64,000 bases of DNA from Gemmatimonadota bacterium (GTDB lineage: Bacteria > Gemmatimonadota > Gemmatimonadetes > Gemmatimonadales > GWC2-71-9). Location: NCBI GenBank assembly GCA_016713435.1, contig JADJPD010000003.1, positions 282,121-346,120 of the forward strand, in the 5' to 3' direction. The notes beneath the pieces are model-generated. The model worked only from the letters and a program-made list of their open reading frames with translations, made no database searches and had not been told where the DNA came from. A program made the translations under genes and the position numbers. How positions within the stretch are numbered: position 1 is the stretch's first letter; every line of letters begins with the position of its first letter. Of the stretch, positions 8,940 through 18,436 are shown piece by piece.

Positions 8940-9893
8940 ATGCGACTGCTCGCCTGGATCACCGGCCTTGCCGTGCTGGCCGTGCTGGCTGCCGGCGCGG
9001 CGTTCACGCTGGCGGACCCCGAGCGCGTGGTGCTCGACGAGGCCGCGCGCAGCGGGGCCCCGGGGCAGTTCGTGCGCCTGGCGGACGGGGTCACCCACTA
9101 CGAGGTGGCGGGGCCGGACACGGGGCGGGTGGTGCTGCTGGCGGCGGCGTTCTCGGTGCCGGCCTACCTCTCCGACAGCCTGTTCCAGCGGCTGGGGCGA
9201 GCCGGGTTCCGCGCGGTGCGGTTCGACTACTACGGCCGGGGCTGGTCCGATCGCCCGATGGTCACCTACGACCTGGCCCTCTTCGACCGGCAGATCTCGG
9301 GCCTGCTCGACTCGCTCCGGATCGCGGGGCCGGTGGACGTGGTGGGGCTGTCGTTCGGTGCGGCCATCGTCACCGACTTTGCCGAGACGTCGCCGGCACG
9401 GGTGCGGTCGCTGACGTACGTCAATCCGGTGTTCAATGCGCGGCGCCCACTCCCGCCTCAGGAGCGCTCGGCGCTGCGCTGGAGCATCCACATGGTGCTC
9501 CAGGGCGGGCTCGAGCGGATGGCGGCGGGGCAGCTGGAGGACTTCTACCGCCCGGAGCGCCACCCGGACTGGGTGACGCGCTACCGGGAGCAGTTCCGGG
9601 TGAAGGGCACCCGCGAGGCGCTGCGGCGCACCCGCGCCGCCATCGCCGAGGCGCCGGACCAGGCGGAACAGCTGCGGCGGGTGGGCGGGGATGCCCGGCC
9701 GGTGCTGGTGGTGTGGGGGCGGGAGGACGGCGGGGTCACCCGTCCCGACATCGACGCCCTGCTCGGCGCCATGCCCCGCGCCACGCTCGTGGCGGTGGAC
9801 TCGGCAGGGCACCTGCCGCACCTGGACCAGCCGGATGTGGTGGTGCCAGCCATCATCGATTTCTATCGTGCGCCTGCAGCAGCCGGGCCCTGA
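8940..9893 (+). CDS. Alpha/beta-fold hydrolase with N-terminal membrane anchor or signal
   Basis: Nucleophile elbow GLSFG, the pattern YYGRGWSDRP, and a C-terminal AGHLPHLDQP (catalytic His region). Confidence 0.8.
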   Translation: MRLLAWITGLAVLAVLAAGAAFTLADPERVVLDEAARSGAPGQFVRLADGVTHYEVAGPDTGRVVLLAAAFSVPAYLSDSLFQRLGRAGFRAVRFDYYGRGWSDRPMVTYDLALFDRQISGLLDSLRIAGPVDVVGLSFGAAIVTDFAETSPARVRSLTYVNPVFNARRPLPPQERSALRWSIHMVLQGGLERMAAGQLEDFYRPERHPDWVTRYREQFRVKGTREALRRTRAAIAEAPDQAEQLRRVGGDARPVLVVWGREDGGVTRPDIDALLGAMPRATLVAVDSAGHLPHLDQPDVVVPAIIDFYRAPAAAGP

Positions 9894-9944
9894 CGGGGCT
9901 GTCCGCCGCCTGACGGCTGCACCCTGCCCCCCGTGCGGTCCCGC

Positions 9945-11126
9945 TCAGGGGGCGCCGAGGCGGGCCCGCGCTTCCGTGACCTGCTCCGCCATCCGCGACG
10001 GCGCGATGGCCAGGAAGCGCTCGAACGCCGCGCGCCCCTGGGCCGAGTCGCCGACATGGAAGGCCACGACCCCGCGCAGATACGGAATCCGCGCATCGCG
10101 CCGGTTCATCCCCTCGGCCACGGTCAGCGCCTCGAGCGCCTCGGCGTTCCGTCCGAGGCGGAGCAGCGTCGTGGCCAGGTCCACGCGGGGGTCGGCCTGC
10201 TCGGCGTTCACGTCCACGGCGCGCTGGCGCTCGCGGAGCGCCTCCTCGAGGCGCCCCGCCGCCTCGTGGATGCGGGCCAGCTGGACGTGCGCCGCGTAGA
10301 GGCCGATGTCGAACTCGAGGGCGCGCTGGAAGACAGGGATCGCCTGGTCGTGGCGACCGGCCAGGTAGAGCATCGTGGCCAGGAGGTAGCGGAAGTCGTT
10401 GGTCGCCAGCGGGATCCCCTCGGCCGCGGCCTCCTCCTCGGTGGCGTAAGCCCGGCCGGTGAGCACGGCAAAGTCGTGCACGGCGACCTCGTACTGGCCG
10501 AGGTGCGCGGCGGCGAGGCCGTGGAACCAGAGGACGGGGCTGGCCACGTTCTCGTATGCGCCGCCCCACTCCGGTCGCGTCACGAGGGCGTTGAGCCGGT
10601 TGAAGGCCGCGTCGTAGCGGACCTCCTGGAACTCGTTGAGGGCCTTGATGAACTCCCGCTCCCAGAAGGGCCGGATCCGGATCGCGAAGCCGCCGGGGCG
10701 GCTGATGATGTCCGGGCCCGCCTCCTGCGCCTTGCCGAGGATGGAGAGGTCCACCAGCGGGTTGAGCTGGAAGGCTCGGCGGTAGAAGAGCTCCGCCTCG
10801 GTGAACGCGGCGGAGAGGGCCTCGGGACCGTCGCGCTTCGCGCGGTCCTTCCAGTAGCGCTCGCCGCGCACCATCGGCAGGATGCCGAGCGCCAGGTACG
10901 CCTCGGCGTAGCTCGGGGCCACCAGGATGGCCGTGCGGAGCGCCCGCTCCGCCTCGTCCCATTTCTTCTTCTCCCAGTATCCCATCGCCAGGGCGTAGTG
11001 CGTCGTGGCGTCGTTGGAATCGCGCCCGGCGCGGGCGAGGAGCGTGTCGAGCGACTCGGGACGGGGACGCTGTGCCGCGGCCAGCGCCGGCACGCCGGCC
11101 AGCAGCAGGAGGCCGAGGCGGAGCAT
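9945..11126 (-). CDS. Secreted TPR-repeat protein, paralog A
   Basis: Signal peptide MLRLGLLLLAGVPALAAAQ. It shares a collinear TPR architecture with the genes at 12700-13839 and 13852-15030 (for example HYALAMGYWEKKKWDEAERALRTAI). ATG 11126 lies 5 nt after the S41 stop. Confidence 0.8.
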   Translation of the reverse strand: MLRLGLLLLAGVPALAAAQRPRPESLDTLLARAGRDSNDATTHYALAMGYWEKKKWDEAERALRTAILVAPSYAEAYLALGILPMVRGERYWKDRAKRDGPEALSAAFTEAELFYRRAFQLNPLVDLSILGKAQEAGPDIISRPGGFAIRIRPFWEREFIKALNEFQEVRYDAAFNRLNALVTRPEWGGAYENVASPVLWFHGLAAAHLGQYEVAVHDFAVLTGRAYATEEEAAAEGIPLATNDFRYLLATMLYLAGRHDQAIPVFQRALEFDIGLYAAHVQLARIHEAAGRLEEALRERQRAVDVNAEQADPRVDLATTLLRLGRNAEALEALTVAEGMNRRDARIPYLRGVVAFHVGDSAQGRAAFERFLAIAPSRMAEQVTEARARLGAP

Positions 11127-11131
11127 CCGGG

Positions 11132-12691
11132 TCACGGCTTCATCCCCGTCACCGCCTGCACGTCGGCCCACCGCTGGTTGGCCGCCAGGATGTCCGGGTC
11201 GTTCCGCACGGTGAACTCGTCCGCCGCGTCCGGTCCCCAGCGCACCTCGGCGGCGCGATAGGCCAGGATCCGCCCCAGCCGGGCGGCGAGGGGCCCGTCA
11301 GGAGTCACGTTCAGGTTGAGCCGGGTACGGATCCGCCCCAGGAACGGCTCCACCAGGCGCGACTGCCACTCGCCTCCCGCTCCCATCCAGGCGGCCCGGG
11401 CGGCCGGCTGGGTGGCGAGCGTGCCGGCCACGCTGTCGGCGATGGCCTCGTACCAGCCGCTGTCCGCCGCCACGCTGAACCAGCCCGGGAGCTCCGGTGA
11501 GCCGGGGAGCACCACGTCCGGCTGGATGCCGCCGCCGCCGCGCACCTCGCGCCCCTTGTCGGTGCGGTAGAGGAGCGAGGTATCGCGCGAGATGCCGGTG
11601 CCGCCGGCGAAGCTGTAGTACTGCGCCGCCTTGAGCCCGCGGTAGGCGCGCTGGATGATGCGCCCGCTCGGCGTCACGATGCGGCCCACGGTGAGCCATA
11701 CCACGTCGTTCTGCGGCGGCACCAGGAAGAGCCGCTGCATGAGCGCCTTGCCGAAGCTCCGGCGGCCGAGGATCAGGGCGCGGTCGTGGTCCTGGAGCGA
11801 GCCGGCGAGCGCCTCGGAGGCGCTGGCGCTGCCGTCGTCGATGAGGACCATGAGCGGCAGCTCGCGGAAGGGGCCGTCGGTCTCGGTGAAGAACTCGTTG
11901 TTGGCGGTGCTCCGGCGGCCCAGGGTCTTGAAGATCAGCGTCTTCTCGGGGAAGAAGAGGCTCGCGATCTCCACCGCGGCGCCGACGCTCCCGCCGGGAT
12001 TGCCGCGCAAGTCGAAGATCAGCCGCTTCATCCCCTTGCCCTTCAGGTCCTTGATGGCGCGCTCCACCTCCTCGCGGCCCTTGGCCCAGAAGCCGTCGAG
12101 GCGGAGGTAGCCGGTGGTGGCGTCCACCATCCGGGCCAGGCCCACCGAGCGCGGCTCCACGATGTCGAACTTGACCTGCACCCGCACCGAGTCCGGCGCC
12201 AGCACGTTGCCGCGGGTGAGGAGGAGCCGGACCTTCCTGCCCTTCTCGCCGATGAGGCGGCCCATCGCCTCGCTGGCGGTGAGGCCGAAGACCGAGGTGT
12301 CGTTGACGGCGATGAGCCGGTCCCCGGCGGAGACGCCGGCGCGGGCGGCGCCGCTCCGCGGGTACACGGCGAGCACGGTGAGCCCGTACTCCACCTCGTC
12401 CAGCACGATGCCCGCGCCCGCCAGGTTGCCGCCCTCGTACGCCATCTCCCGCTCGGCGGCGGCGCGGCTCACGAAGCGGCTGTGCGGGTCCAGCGACTCC
12501 AGCACGCCGGCGATGGCGGCCTGCACCAGCTCGCCGTAGGCCACCGAGTCCACGTAGCTGGAGCGGATCTGGTTGAGCAGGCTCGAGAAGGTCTGCAGCT
12601 GCTCGTAGGAGGTGCCCTGCGCGGCGGCGGGGGCGGCGGCCAGCGCCAGGAGGAGCGCACCGAGGCGGGCGGCGCGGCGAAGCACGGGCAT
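11132..12691 (-). CDS. S41 family C-terminal processing (tail-specific) peptidase with PDZ domain
   Basis: Signal peptide, GNPGGSVGAAVEIASLFF, catalytic Ser region DDGSASASEALAG, and Lys region RRSFGKALMQ. Confidence 0.9.
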   Translation of the reverse strand: MPVLRRAARLGALLLALAAAPAAAQGTSYEQLQTFSSLLNQIRSSYVDSVAYGELVQAAIAGVLESLDPHSRFVSRAAAEREMAYEGGNLAGAGIVLDEVEYGLTVLAVYPRSGAARAGVSAGDRLIAVNDTSVFGLTASEAMGRLIGEKGRKVRLLLTRGNVLAPDSVRVQVKFDIVEPRSVGLARMVDATTGYLRLDGFWAKGREEVERAIKDLKGKGMKRLIFDLRGNPGGSVGAAVEIASLFFPEKTLIFKTLGRRSTANNEFFTETDGPFRELPLMVLIDDGSASASEALAGSLQDHDRALILGRRSFGKALMQRLFLVPPQNDVVWLTVGRIVTPSGRIIQRAYRGLKAAQYYSFAGGTGISRDTSLLYRTDKGREVRGGGGIQPDVVLPGSPELPGWFSVAADSGWYEAIADSVAGTLATQPAARAAWMGAGGEWQSRLVEPFLGRIRTRLNLNVTPDGPLAARLGRILAYRAAEVRWGPDAADEFTVRNDPDILAANQRWADVQAVTGMKP

Positions 12692-12699
12692 GGCGACTC

Positions 12700-13839
12700 C
12701 TACTGCAGCTGGGTGAGGCGCTCGCGCGCCGAGGCGACCTGCCGCTCGTAGCGCTTGGGCGCGAGGGTCACGAAGCGGGTGAAGGCCTCGCGGCTCGCCT
12801 CCTTCTTCCCCTGCGCCTGCGTGGCGATGCCGAGCCAGAAGAGCGGGCGCACGTCGCGGGGGTTCATCTCCGCGGCCTGCTGCAGCCGCTCCTCCGCCTG
12901 CGCCATGTCGCCCGCCTTGCCGAGGGTGATGCCGAGGTCGGTGAGCAGCGCCGCGTCGTCGGGGTTGGTGTTGACGGCGTAGCCACGTTCCCGCACCGCG
13001 GTGGCGTAGTCGCGCTGCGCCTCGGCGATGGCGGCGAGGCGGACATGGGCCATGTAGTTGCCGGCGTCGTTCTCGGCCACCTGGCGGTAGAGGGCGGTGG
13101 CCTGGTCCAGGCGGCCGGCGCGATGATGGAGCGCCGCCAGCACGTAGCGGTACTCGTTGGCGCGCAGCGGCGCGTCCTCGCGCGTGGTGTCGGCGCCGGC
13201 CGCCTCAATGCGGCGCACGAGGGACTCGAAGTCGGGGATCGCCGCGTCGGGGTTGGCGGAGCGCGCGGCGGCGAGGGCGCGGAACCAGACCAGGTCCTCC
13301 GGCACCTTGTCGAGCGGCTCACTGCCGAAGTAGCGCTTCACGGTGTTGTCGAAGTTCTTGAACGCGTCGTCGTAGCGGCCCTCGGTGAGGCCCTTGAGCC
13401 CGTTGGCGAAGTCGCCCCAGGGGCGCACCCACATGACGCTGCCGAGGATGCGGATGTCCACCATGGGGTCGGCCAGGAAGGCACGGCGGTAGTAGCCGGT
13501 GCGCCGCTCGAATTCCTTGTAGGCGCTGTCCTTGCTCACCTTCCGCAGGGCGCCCCAATAGTCGTCGTCACGATCGCGGGCGATGGACAGGGCCAGCCAG
13601 GCATCGGCGAACTGGTTGTCGATGGCCACGGCGCGGCGGAGCGCCGAGTCGGCGGCCTCCCACTGCTTCTTGCTCAGGTAGCCCATGGCCAGGTTGTAGT
13701 GGGAGGCCGGGTCGAGCGAGTCGGTGCGGGCCCGCTCCTGCAGCACCTCGAGGCGCTCGGTGATGCGGAGCGATTGCGCGGCGGCCGGGGCGAGGCCGGC
13801 CCCGGCGAGCAGCAGGACGAGGAGGGAACGGCGGACCAT
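12700..13839 (-). CDS. Secreted TPR-repeat protein, paralog B
   Basis: Signal peptide MVRRSLLVLLLAGAGLAPAAAQ. HYNLAMGYLSKKQWEAADSALRRAV and a C-terminal FTRFVTLAPKRYERQVASARERL tail parallel paralogs A and C. Confidence 0.85.
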   Translation of the reverse strand: MVRRSLLVLLLAGAGLAPAAAQSLRITERLEVLQERARTDSLDPASHYNLAMGYLSKKQWEAADSALRRAVAIDNQFADAWLALSIARDRDDDYWGALRKVSKDSAYKEFERRTGYYRRAFLADPMVDIRILGSVMWVRPWGDFANGLKGLTEGRYDDAFKNFDNTVKRYFGSEPLDKVPEDLVWFRALAAARSANPDAAIPDFESLVRRIEAAGADTTREDAPLRANEYRYVLAALHHRAGRLDQATALYRQVAENDAGNYMAHVRLAAIAEAQRDYATAVRERGYAVNTNPDDAALLTDLGITLGKAGDMAQAEERLQQAAEMNPRDVRPLFWLGIATQAQGKKEASREAFTRFVTLAPKRYERQVASARERLTQLQ

Positions 13840-13851
13840 GGGACCTGTCTC

Positions 13852-15030
13852 CTAGTTGAGCGTGGCGAGCTGCTGCTGCACTTCCTGGCGCTGGGTGTCC
13901 CAGCGGCTCGGCGCGAGGGCCAGGAACCGGGTGAAGGCCTCGCGCGCGGTGGCGGTGTCGCCGAGCTGCTGGGCCAGCTTGCCGAGCAGGTAGAGGGTGC
14001 GATGGCTGCGGGGGTTGGCCTGGGCGGCGGCCTTGAGCGAGCCGAAGGCCTCCTGCGGCTGGCCACTCCGGAGCTGGGCCTCGCCCAGGTCGGCGAGGAG
14101 CGAGGGGTCGTCGGGGTTGGCGTCGAGCGCACGCTGGCGCTCGGCGAGCACCGCCGAGGGACGGCGCTGCCGCTCGTGGATCTCCGCCAGGCGCGTGTGG
14201 GCGGCGTAGAGGCCGGCGTCGACCGTGAGGGCCTCCTGCAGCATCGCCTCCGCCTCTGCCAGCTGGCCCGCCTGCGCCAGCATGCAGCCCAGGGTGTAGC
14301 GGTAGAAGTTGGCGTCGGAGAAGGCCAGCGTGGCGCCGCCGGTGCGCTCGTCCACCTTCTCCCAGCGGGCGAGCAGCTCGCGGGTGTTGGCGATGCCGCG
14401 CTGGGGATCGCCGGCGCGGACGGCGGTGAGGCCCTCGTACCAGAGCCAGGAGGACGACCAGGTGAGGTGGTCCTTCTCGGGCGCCCCGCCCGCCACCTCA
14501 CGGAAGAAGGCGTAGGCGCGCGGGTAGTCCCCCACCCAGAAGGCGCCGAAGCCGTTGAGGAGATAGGTGTAGGCCGCCGTGGCGTTCCGGCCCAGGCCGA
14601 GCGACTTGGCGGTGGGCATCATGAGCGCCAGGGGGCGGAGGTCCACCATGGGGTCCAGCAGGAAGGCCTTCCGGCGGTACTGGAAGGCGGTGTCCACCGC
14701 CGCCTGCCACTCGGCGGGCACCTTCCCGTCCTCGACCTCGTCCCAGAGCTTGTCGCGCCGGGCGAAGGGCAGGTAGGAGAGGGCCAGGTAGGCGCTGGCC
14801 GTCTTGGGCTCGATGAGGATGGCCTGCCGGAGCGCCCGCTCGGCCTCGGCGTACTTCTTGTGGACCCAGTAGCCGAGGGCCGCCTCGTACTGGGCGGGGG
14901 CGTCGTTGGAGTCGCGCTGGGCGCGCAGCACCAGCTCGTTCAGGGGCACCGTCAGCTGCACGCGCTGCGCGGGGAGCGCGCCGGGCAGGCTCACGAGGGC
15001 GCCGAGGAGGGCGGCCCGCAGGAATCGCAT
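13852..15030 (-). CDS. Secreted TPR-repeat protein, paralog C
   Basis: Signal peptide MRFLRAALLGALVSLPGALPAQ. QYEAALGYWVHKKYAEAERALRQAI and a C-terminal FTRFLALAPSRWDTQRQEVQQQL tail. Confidence 0.85.
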   Translation of the reverse strand: MRFLRAALLGALVSLPGALPAQRVQLTVPLNELVLRAQRDSNDAPAQYEAALGYWVHKKYAEAERALRQAILIEPKTASAYLALSYLPFARRDKLWDEVEDGKVPAEWQAAVDTAFQYRRKAFLLDPMVDLRPLALMMPTAKSLGLGRNATAAYTYLLNGFGAFWVGDYPRAYAFFREVAGGAPEKDHLTWSSSWLWYEGLTAVRAGDPQRGIANTRELLARWEKVDERTGGATLAFSDANFYRYTLGCMLAQAGQLAEAEAMLQEALTVDAGLYAAHTRLAEIHERQRRPSAVLAERQRALDANPDDPSLLADLGEAQLRSGQPQEAFGSLKAAAQANPRSHRTLYLLGKLAQQLGDTATAREAFTRFLALAPSRWDTQRQEVQQQLATLN

Positions 15031-15202
15031 GTCGGGGAGTCCGGGAGAGTGGCCACCGTTATCATGGGGCCGATCCGGGAAACGCGCCAGACCCCGGGTT
15101 GTGTGTCAGGCGCCGCCGGGCGGCCCGTCAGGCGGGTGGAGCTGCCGGCCAGGCCGCCGGGCGGGGAGGCGCGGCCCGGGAAAGTGCCTATCATGAAGGA
15201 AG

Positions 15203-15223
15203 AGGGCGACCGGCGGTCGCCCC
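15203..15223 (-). terminator. Hairpin downstream of the amidohydrolase gene
   Basis: On the minus strand a G/C stem built from gggcgacc / ggtcgccc is followed by tcttccttc, and it lies about 40 nt after the stop at 15265. Confidence 0.45.
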
Positions 15224-15264
15224 CTTCGTTCATGTGGAGCCGATGAGGACGGGATGAATCCCGG

Positions 15265-16926
15265 TCAGGGCGCCCGCTGGTAGCGGATCACCCCGCCCAC
15301 CACGGTCAGGTTCACGCGCGCCTCGTTCAGCGTCTCGGGCGGCACGCTGAGGAGGTCCCGGTCGGCGATCACGAAGTCGGCGCGGTAGCCCGGGGCCAGC
15401 TTGCCGCGCCCGTGCTCGGCGAAGGTGGCGTAGGCATTCCCCGCCGTGTAGGCGCGCAGCGCGTCCTCAATGCCGATCTTTTCCTCGGGAATCCAGCCCC
15501 CCGGGTTCTTCCCGTCCAGGGTGCGGCGGGTGACGGCGGCGTACAGGCCGAGCATGGGGTCGAGCGAGGCCACGGTCCAGTCGGAGCCGAAGGCGAGGGT
15601 CACGCCGGCGTCGAGCAGGTGCCGGAAGACGTAGCTGTCGGTGACCCGGGCGCCGAGCCGCTTGCCCGCCCAGCGGCCGTCGTCAATGGCGTGGAGCGGC
15701 TGCATGGAGGCGATGACGTGCTGCCGCGCCATGGCGCCCACCTCCTCCAGGCGCAGGTGCTGGGCGTGCTCGATGCGGAAGCGGCGGTCCCGCGCGCCGT
15801 GGGCCGTGGCCACGCTGTCGTAGATGCCGAGCACCAGGGCGTTGGCCTTCTCGCCGATGGCGTGGACCACCACCTGGAGCCCGGCCGAGTCGGCGCCGCC
15901 GATCCAGGCGCGGAGGGAATCCTCGGGGGTGACGAGGAGGCCGCTGGTGCTGGGGTCGTCGCTGTAGGGCTCAAAGAAGAGCGCGGTGGTGCTGCCGAGC
16001 GAGCCGTCGATGTAACCCTTCACGCCGGCCAGGCGGATCCAGTCGTCGCCGGGGCCGCGGGCCGTGAGGCTGTCGGCCACGCGGCGCCAGTCGGCGAGGG
16101 AAGGATAGACGCTGAAGCGGAGGCCGAGCTTGCCGGCGGCCTTGGCGCGGAAGAGGCCCGCCACTTCCTCCCAGCGGGCGCTCACGGTGCTCACCGCGGT
16201 GACGCCGTGCTCCAGGGCGTGGCGGGTGGCGCGCTCGAGGGCGGCGTCCACCTGCGCCTCCGTGTAGGTGGGCTGCGCGGCGAAGACGGGGGTCTGCGCC
16301 TCGTCCTTGAGGACGCCGGTGGGCTCGCCGGTCCGCTTGTCCCGGACGATGGTGCCGCCCGGGATCTCCGGCGTGGCCCGGGTGATCCCCGCCGCCTTGA
16401 GGGCCAGCGAGTTGGCGAGCGCCATGTGCCCGTCGAGCCGCTGCACGAAGACGGGGTTGCGGGGCGTCACCGAGTCGATCCATCCGCGCTCGGGCAGCGG
16501 GGCGCCGGGCCAGTTCTCGTGGTCCCAGTTGCCGCCCAGGATCCACTCGCCCGGCTGCCGCTCGGCCGCGAAGGCCTTGAGCCGGCCCACGAACTCTTCC
16601 TTGGTCTGGGCATCGCGCAGGTCGATGCTGGCCAGCTGGAAACCGCCGTCGAGGAAGTGGAGGTGGCCGTCGGCGAAGCCCGGGGTCACGAGACCCGCGC
16701 CGGCGGGGATCACCTGGGTGCCCTCGCCGGCGTAGCGGGCGGCGTCGGCGCTGTCGCCCACCATGAGGATGGTGTCGCCGCGGGTGACGAGGGCCTGGGC
16801 CAGCGGCTGGGTGGAATCGCCGGTCCAGATCTTCCCATAGACGATGAGCGTGGCCGGGGCCGGCTTGGGGCCCCCGCAGGCGGCGAGCAGGAGCAGGGTG
16901 GCGGCCAGCGGGCGGAATCGGGGCAT
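15265..16926 (-). CDS. Metal-dependent amidohydrolase (amidohydrolase-3 / YtcJ-like), lipoprotein
   Basis: Lipobox LLLAAC, metal-binding PGFADGHLHF, and C-terminal GSDW and YRADFV motifs typical of the family. Confidence 0.85.
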   Translation of the reverse strand: MPRFRPLAATLLLLAACGGPKPAPATLIVYGKIWTGDSTQPLAQALVTRGDTILMVGDSADAARYAGEGTQVIPAGAGLVTPGFADGHLHFLDGGFQLASIDLRDAQTKEEFVGRLKAFAAERQPGEWILGGNWDHENWPGAPLPERGWIDSVTPRNPVFVQRLDGHMALANSLALKAAGITRATPEIPGGTIVRDKRTGEPTGVLKDEAQTPVFAAQPTYTEAQVDAALERATRHALEHGVTAVSTVSARWEEVAGLFRAKAAGKLGLRFSVYPSLADWRRVADSLTARGPGDDWIRLAGVKGYIDGSLGSTTALFFEPYSDDPSTSGLLVTPEDSLRAWIGGADSAGLQVVVHAIGEKANALVLGIYDSVATAHGARDRRFRIEHAQHLRLEEVGAMARQHVIASMQPLHAIDDGRWAGKRLGARVTDSYVFRHLLDAGVTLAFGSDWTVASLDPMLGLYAAVTRRTLDGKNPGGWIPEEKIGIEDALRAYTAGNAYATFAEHGRGKLAPGYRADFVIADRDLLSVPPETLNEARVNLTVVGGVIRYQRAP

Positions 16927-17141
16927 CAGCGGCTCCTGGGCAGGGCGTTGGCGCCGAGGAGCTCCCGGACGTCCAGGAGGACCTCGAGCATCAGCTGGTC
17001 GCGTTGATAGCCGGCGTCGAGCTCCTCCATGCGGCGGAGCTGCTGGTCGGCGCGGGCGCGCTCGTACTGCTCCCGGTAGGCGGCTTCGAGGTTGGCGAGG
17101 ATCTGGTCGCGGGGGCGCATGGCGGGACTCGGCGCGCCCAT
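16926..17141 (-). CDS. Small helical hypothetical protein (about 64-71 aa) coupled to the amidohydrolase
   Basis: Its stop shares a base with the amidohydrolase start (TGATG). Good position-3 G/C bias and a charged helical sequence (QILANLEAAYREQYERARADQQLRRMEELD). I recognise no family. Confidence 0.45.
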   Translation of the reverse strand: MGAPSPAMRPRDQILANLEAAYREQYERARADQQLRRMEELDAGYQRDQLMLEVLLDVRELLGANALPRSR

Positions 17142-17224
17142 CGGGCGCGCGGCTGGGGGGAATGCATGATGGCTCGGGACCTGATGGAGGTATAGCTTAC
17201 AGCGGACTCCAACCCCCTGTCACC

Positions 17225-18436
17225 ATGCGCCTCGTTCCGCTGCTCCTCGTGGTGGGTGCCACCGCCCTCGCCGCGCAGGCCAAGCCCCGGCCCCGGGCGC
17301 TCGGCATCCCGTTCAACGGCACCCCCGGCCCCCTCAACGCCATCACCGACGTGACCGGCGTGGAGGTCGGCCAGGTCACGCTCATCGAGGGGCAGGGCCG
17401 CCTCCGGGTGGGGCGCGGGCCGGTCCGCACGGGGGTCACCGCCATCTTCCCCCGCGGCCGCCGCGACGGCCGGCCGGCCATGGGCGCCTGGTGGACCCTG
17501 AACGGCAACGGCGAGATGACGGGCACCACCTGGCTGCAGGAGTCGGGCTTCCTGTGGGGGCCGGTGCTCATCACCAACACCCTGAGCGTGGGCGTGGTGC
17601 GCGACGCCGTCATCGACTGGGCGGTGCGCCGCGGGTACGACGATTTCCTCTGGGCCCTCCCCGTGGTGGCCGAGACGTACGACGGCGGCCTCAACGACAT
17701 CAAGGGGATGCACATCACCCGGGAGCACGCCTTCCAGGCGCTCGACGCCGCCAAAGGCGGCCCCGTGGCCGAGGGCAATGTGGGGGGCGGCACCGGCATG
17801 GTCTGCAACGGGTTCAAGGGCGGGATCGGCACCTCGTCCCGGAAGCTCTCTGTGGAGGCGGGCGGGTTCACGGTGGGGGTGCTGGTGCAGTGCAACTACG
17901 GCGGGCGCCGCCGCTTCAGCGTGGCCGGGGTGCCGGTGGGCGCCCAGATCACCGGCGCCGACAACTGCGTGGCCCTGCCCGACCCCGCGGAGCCCTGGCT
18001 CCGCGACGAGCCCCGCTGCGACGCCCCCGGCCGGAGCGACCGCGAGAGCGGCCGCACCGAGCTCGGCTCCATCATCGTGGTGCTGGCCACCGACGCGCCG
18101 CTGCTGCCGCACCAGCTCCAGCGCCTGGCCAAGCGGGTGGCGCTGGGCATCGGCCGGCTGGGCGGGATCGGCGGCGACAGCTCGGGCGACATCTTCGTGG
18201 CCTTCTCCACCGCCAACGCCGGCGCCGCGGCGCCCGACTCGGCGGTGACGGTGCAGATGTGGCCCAACGACCGCATCAACCCGCTGCTCGAGGCCACGGT
18301 GGACGCCACGGAGGAGGCCATCATCAACGCGATGGCCGCCGCCGAGACCATGGACGGGGCCGATGGCTACCGGGTGTACGCGCTGCCGATGGACCAGGTG
18401 GTGACCTTGCTCCGGCGCGCGGGGCGGATTCCGTGA
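17225..18436 (+). CDS. DmpA/BapA-type aminopeptidase (peptidase family S58/P1), secreted
   Basis: Signal peptide MRLVPLLLVVGATALAAQA, then PGPLNAITDVTGVEVGQV and GGGTGMVCNGFKGGIGTSS (self-processing Ntn motif region). Confidence 0.8.
   Translation: MRLVPLLLVVGATALAAQAKPRPRALGIPFNGTPGPLNAITDVTGVEVGQVTLIEGQGRLRVGRGPVRTGVTAIFPRGRRDGRPAMGAWWTLNGNGEMTGTTWLQESGFLWGPVLITNTLSVGVVRDAVIDWAVRRGYDDFLWALPVVAETYDGGLNDIKGMHITREHAFQALDAAKGGPVAEGNVGGGTGMVCNGFKGGIGTSSRKLSVEAGGFTVGVLVQCNYGGRRRFSVAGVPVGAQITGADNCVALPDPAEPWLRDEPRCDAPGRSDRESGRTELGSIIVVLATDAPLLPHQLQRLAKRVALGIGRLGGIGGDSSGDIFVAFSTANAGAAAPDSAVTVQMWPNDRINPLLEATVDATEEAIINAMAAAETMDGADGYRVYALPMDQVVTLLRRAGRIP

Noticed and set aside
11127-11171. Longer starts for several secreted proteins: TPR-A at 11171, CarboxypepD_reg protein at 33211, FadJ at 35366, IlvA at 60447, amidase/S58 ORF from 16844, Rho ORF from 27314.
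   Set aside because: The extensions are Arg/Gly/Pro-rich and overlap upstream genes. They would bury obvious signal peptides or conserved N-termini. Internal ATG/GTG codons placed a few nt after the upstream stop fit much better.
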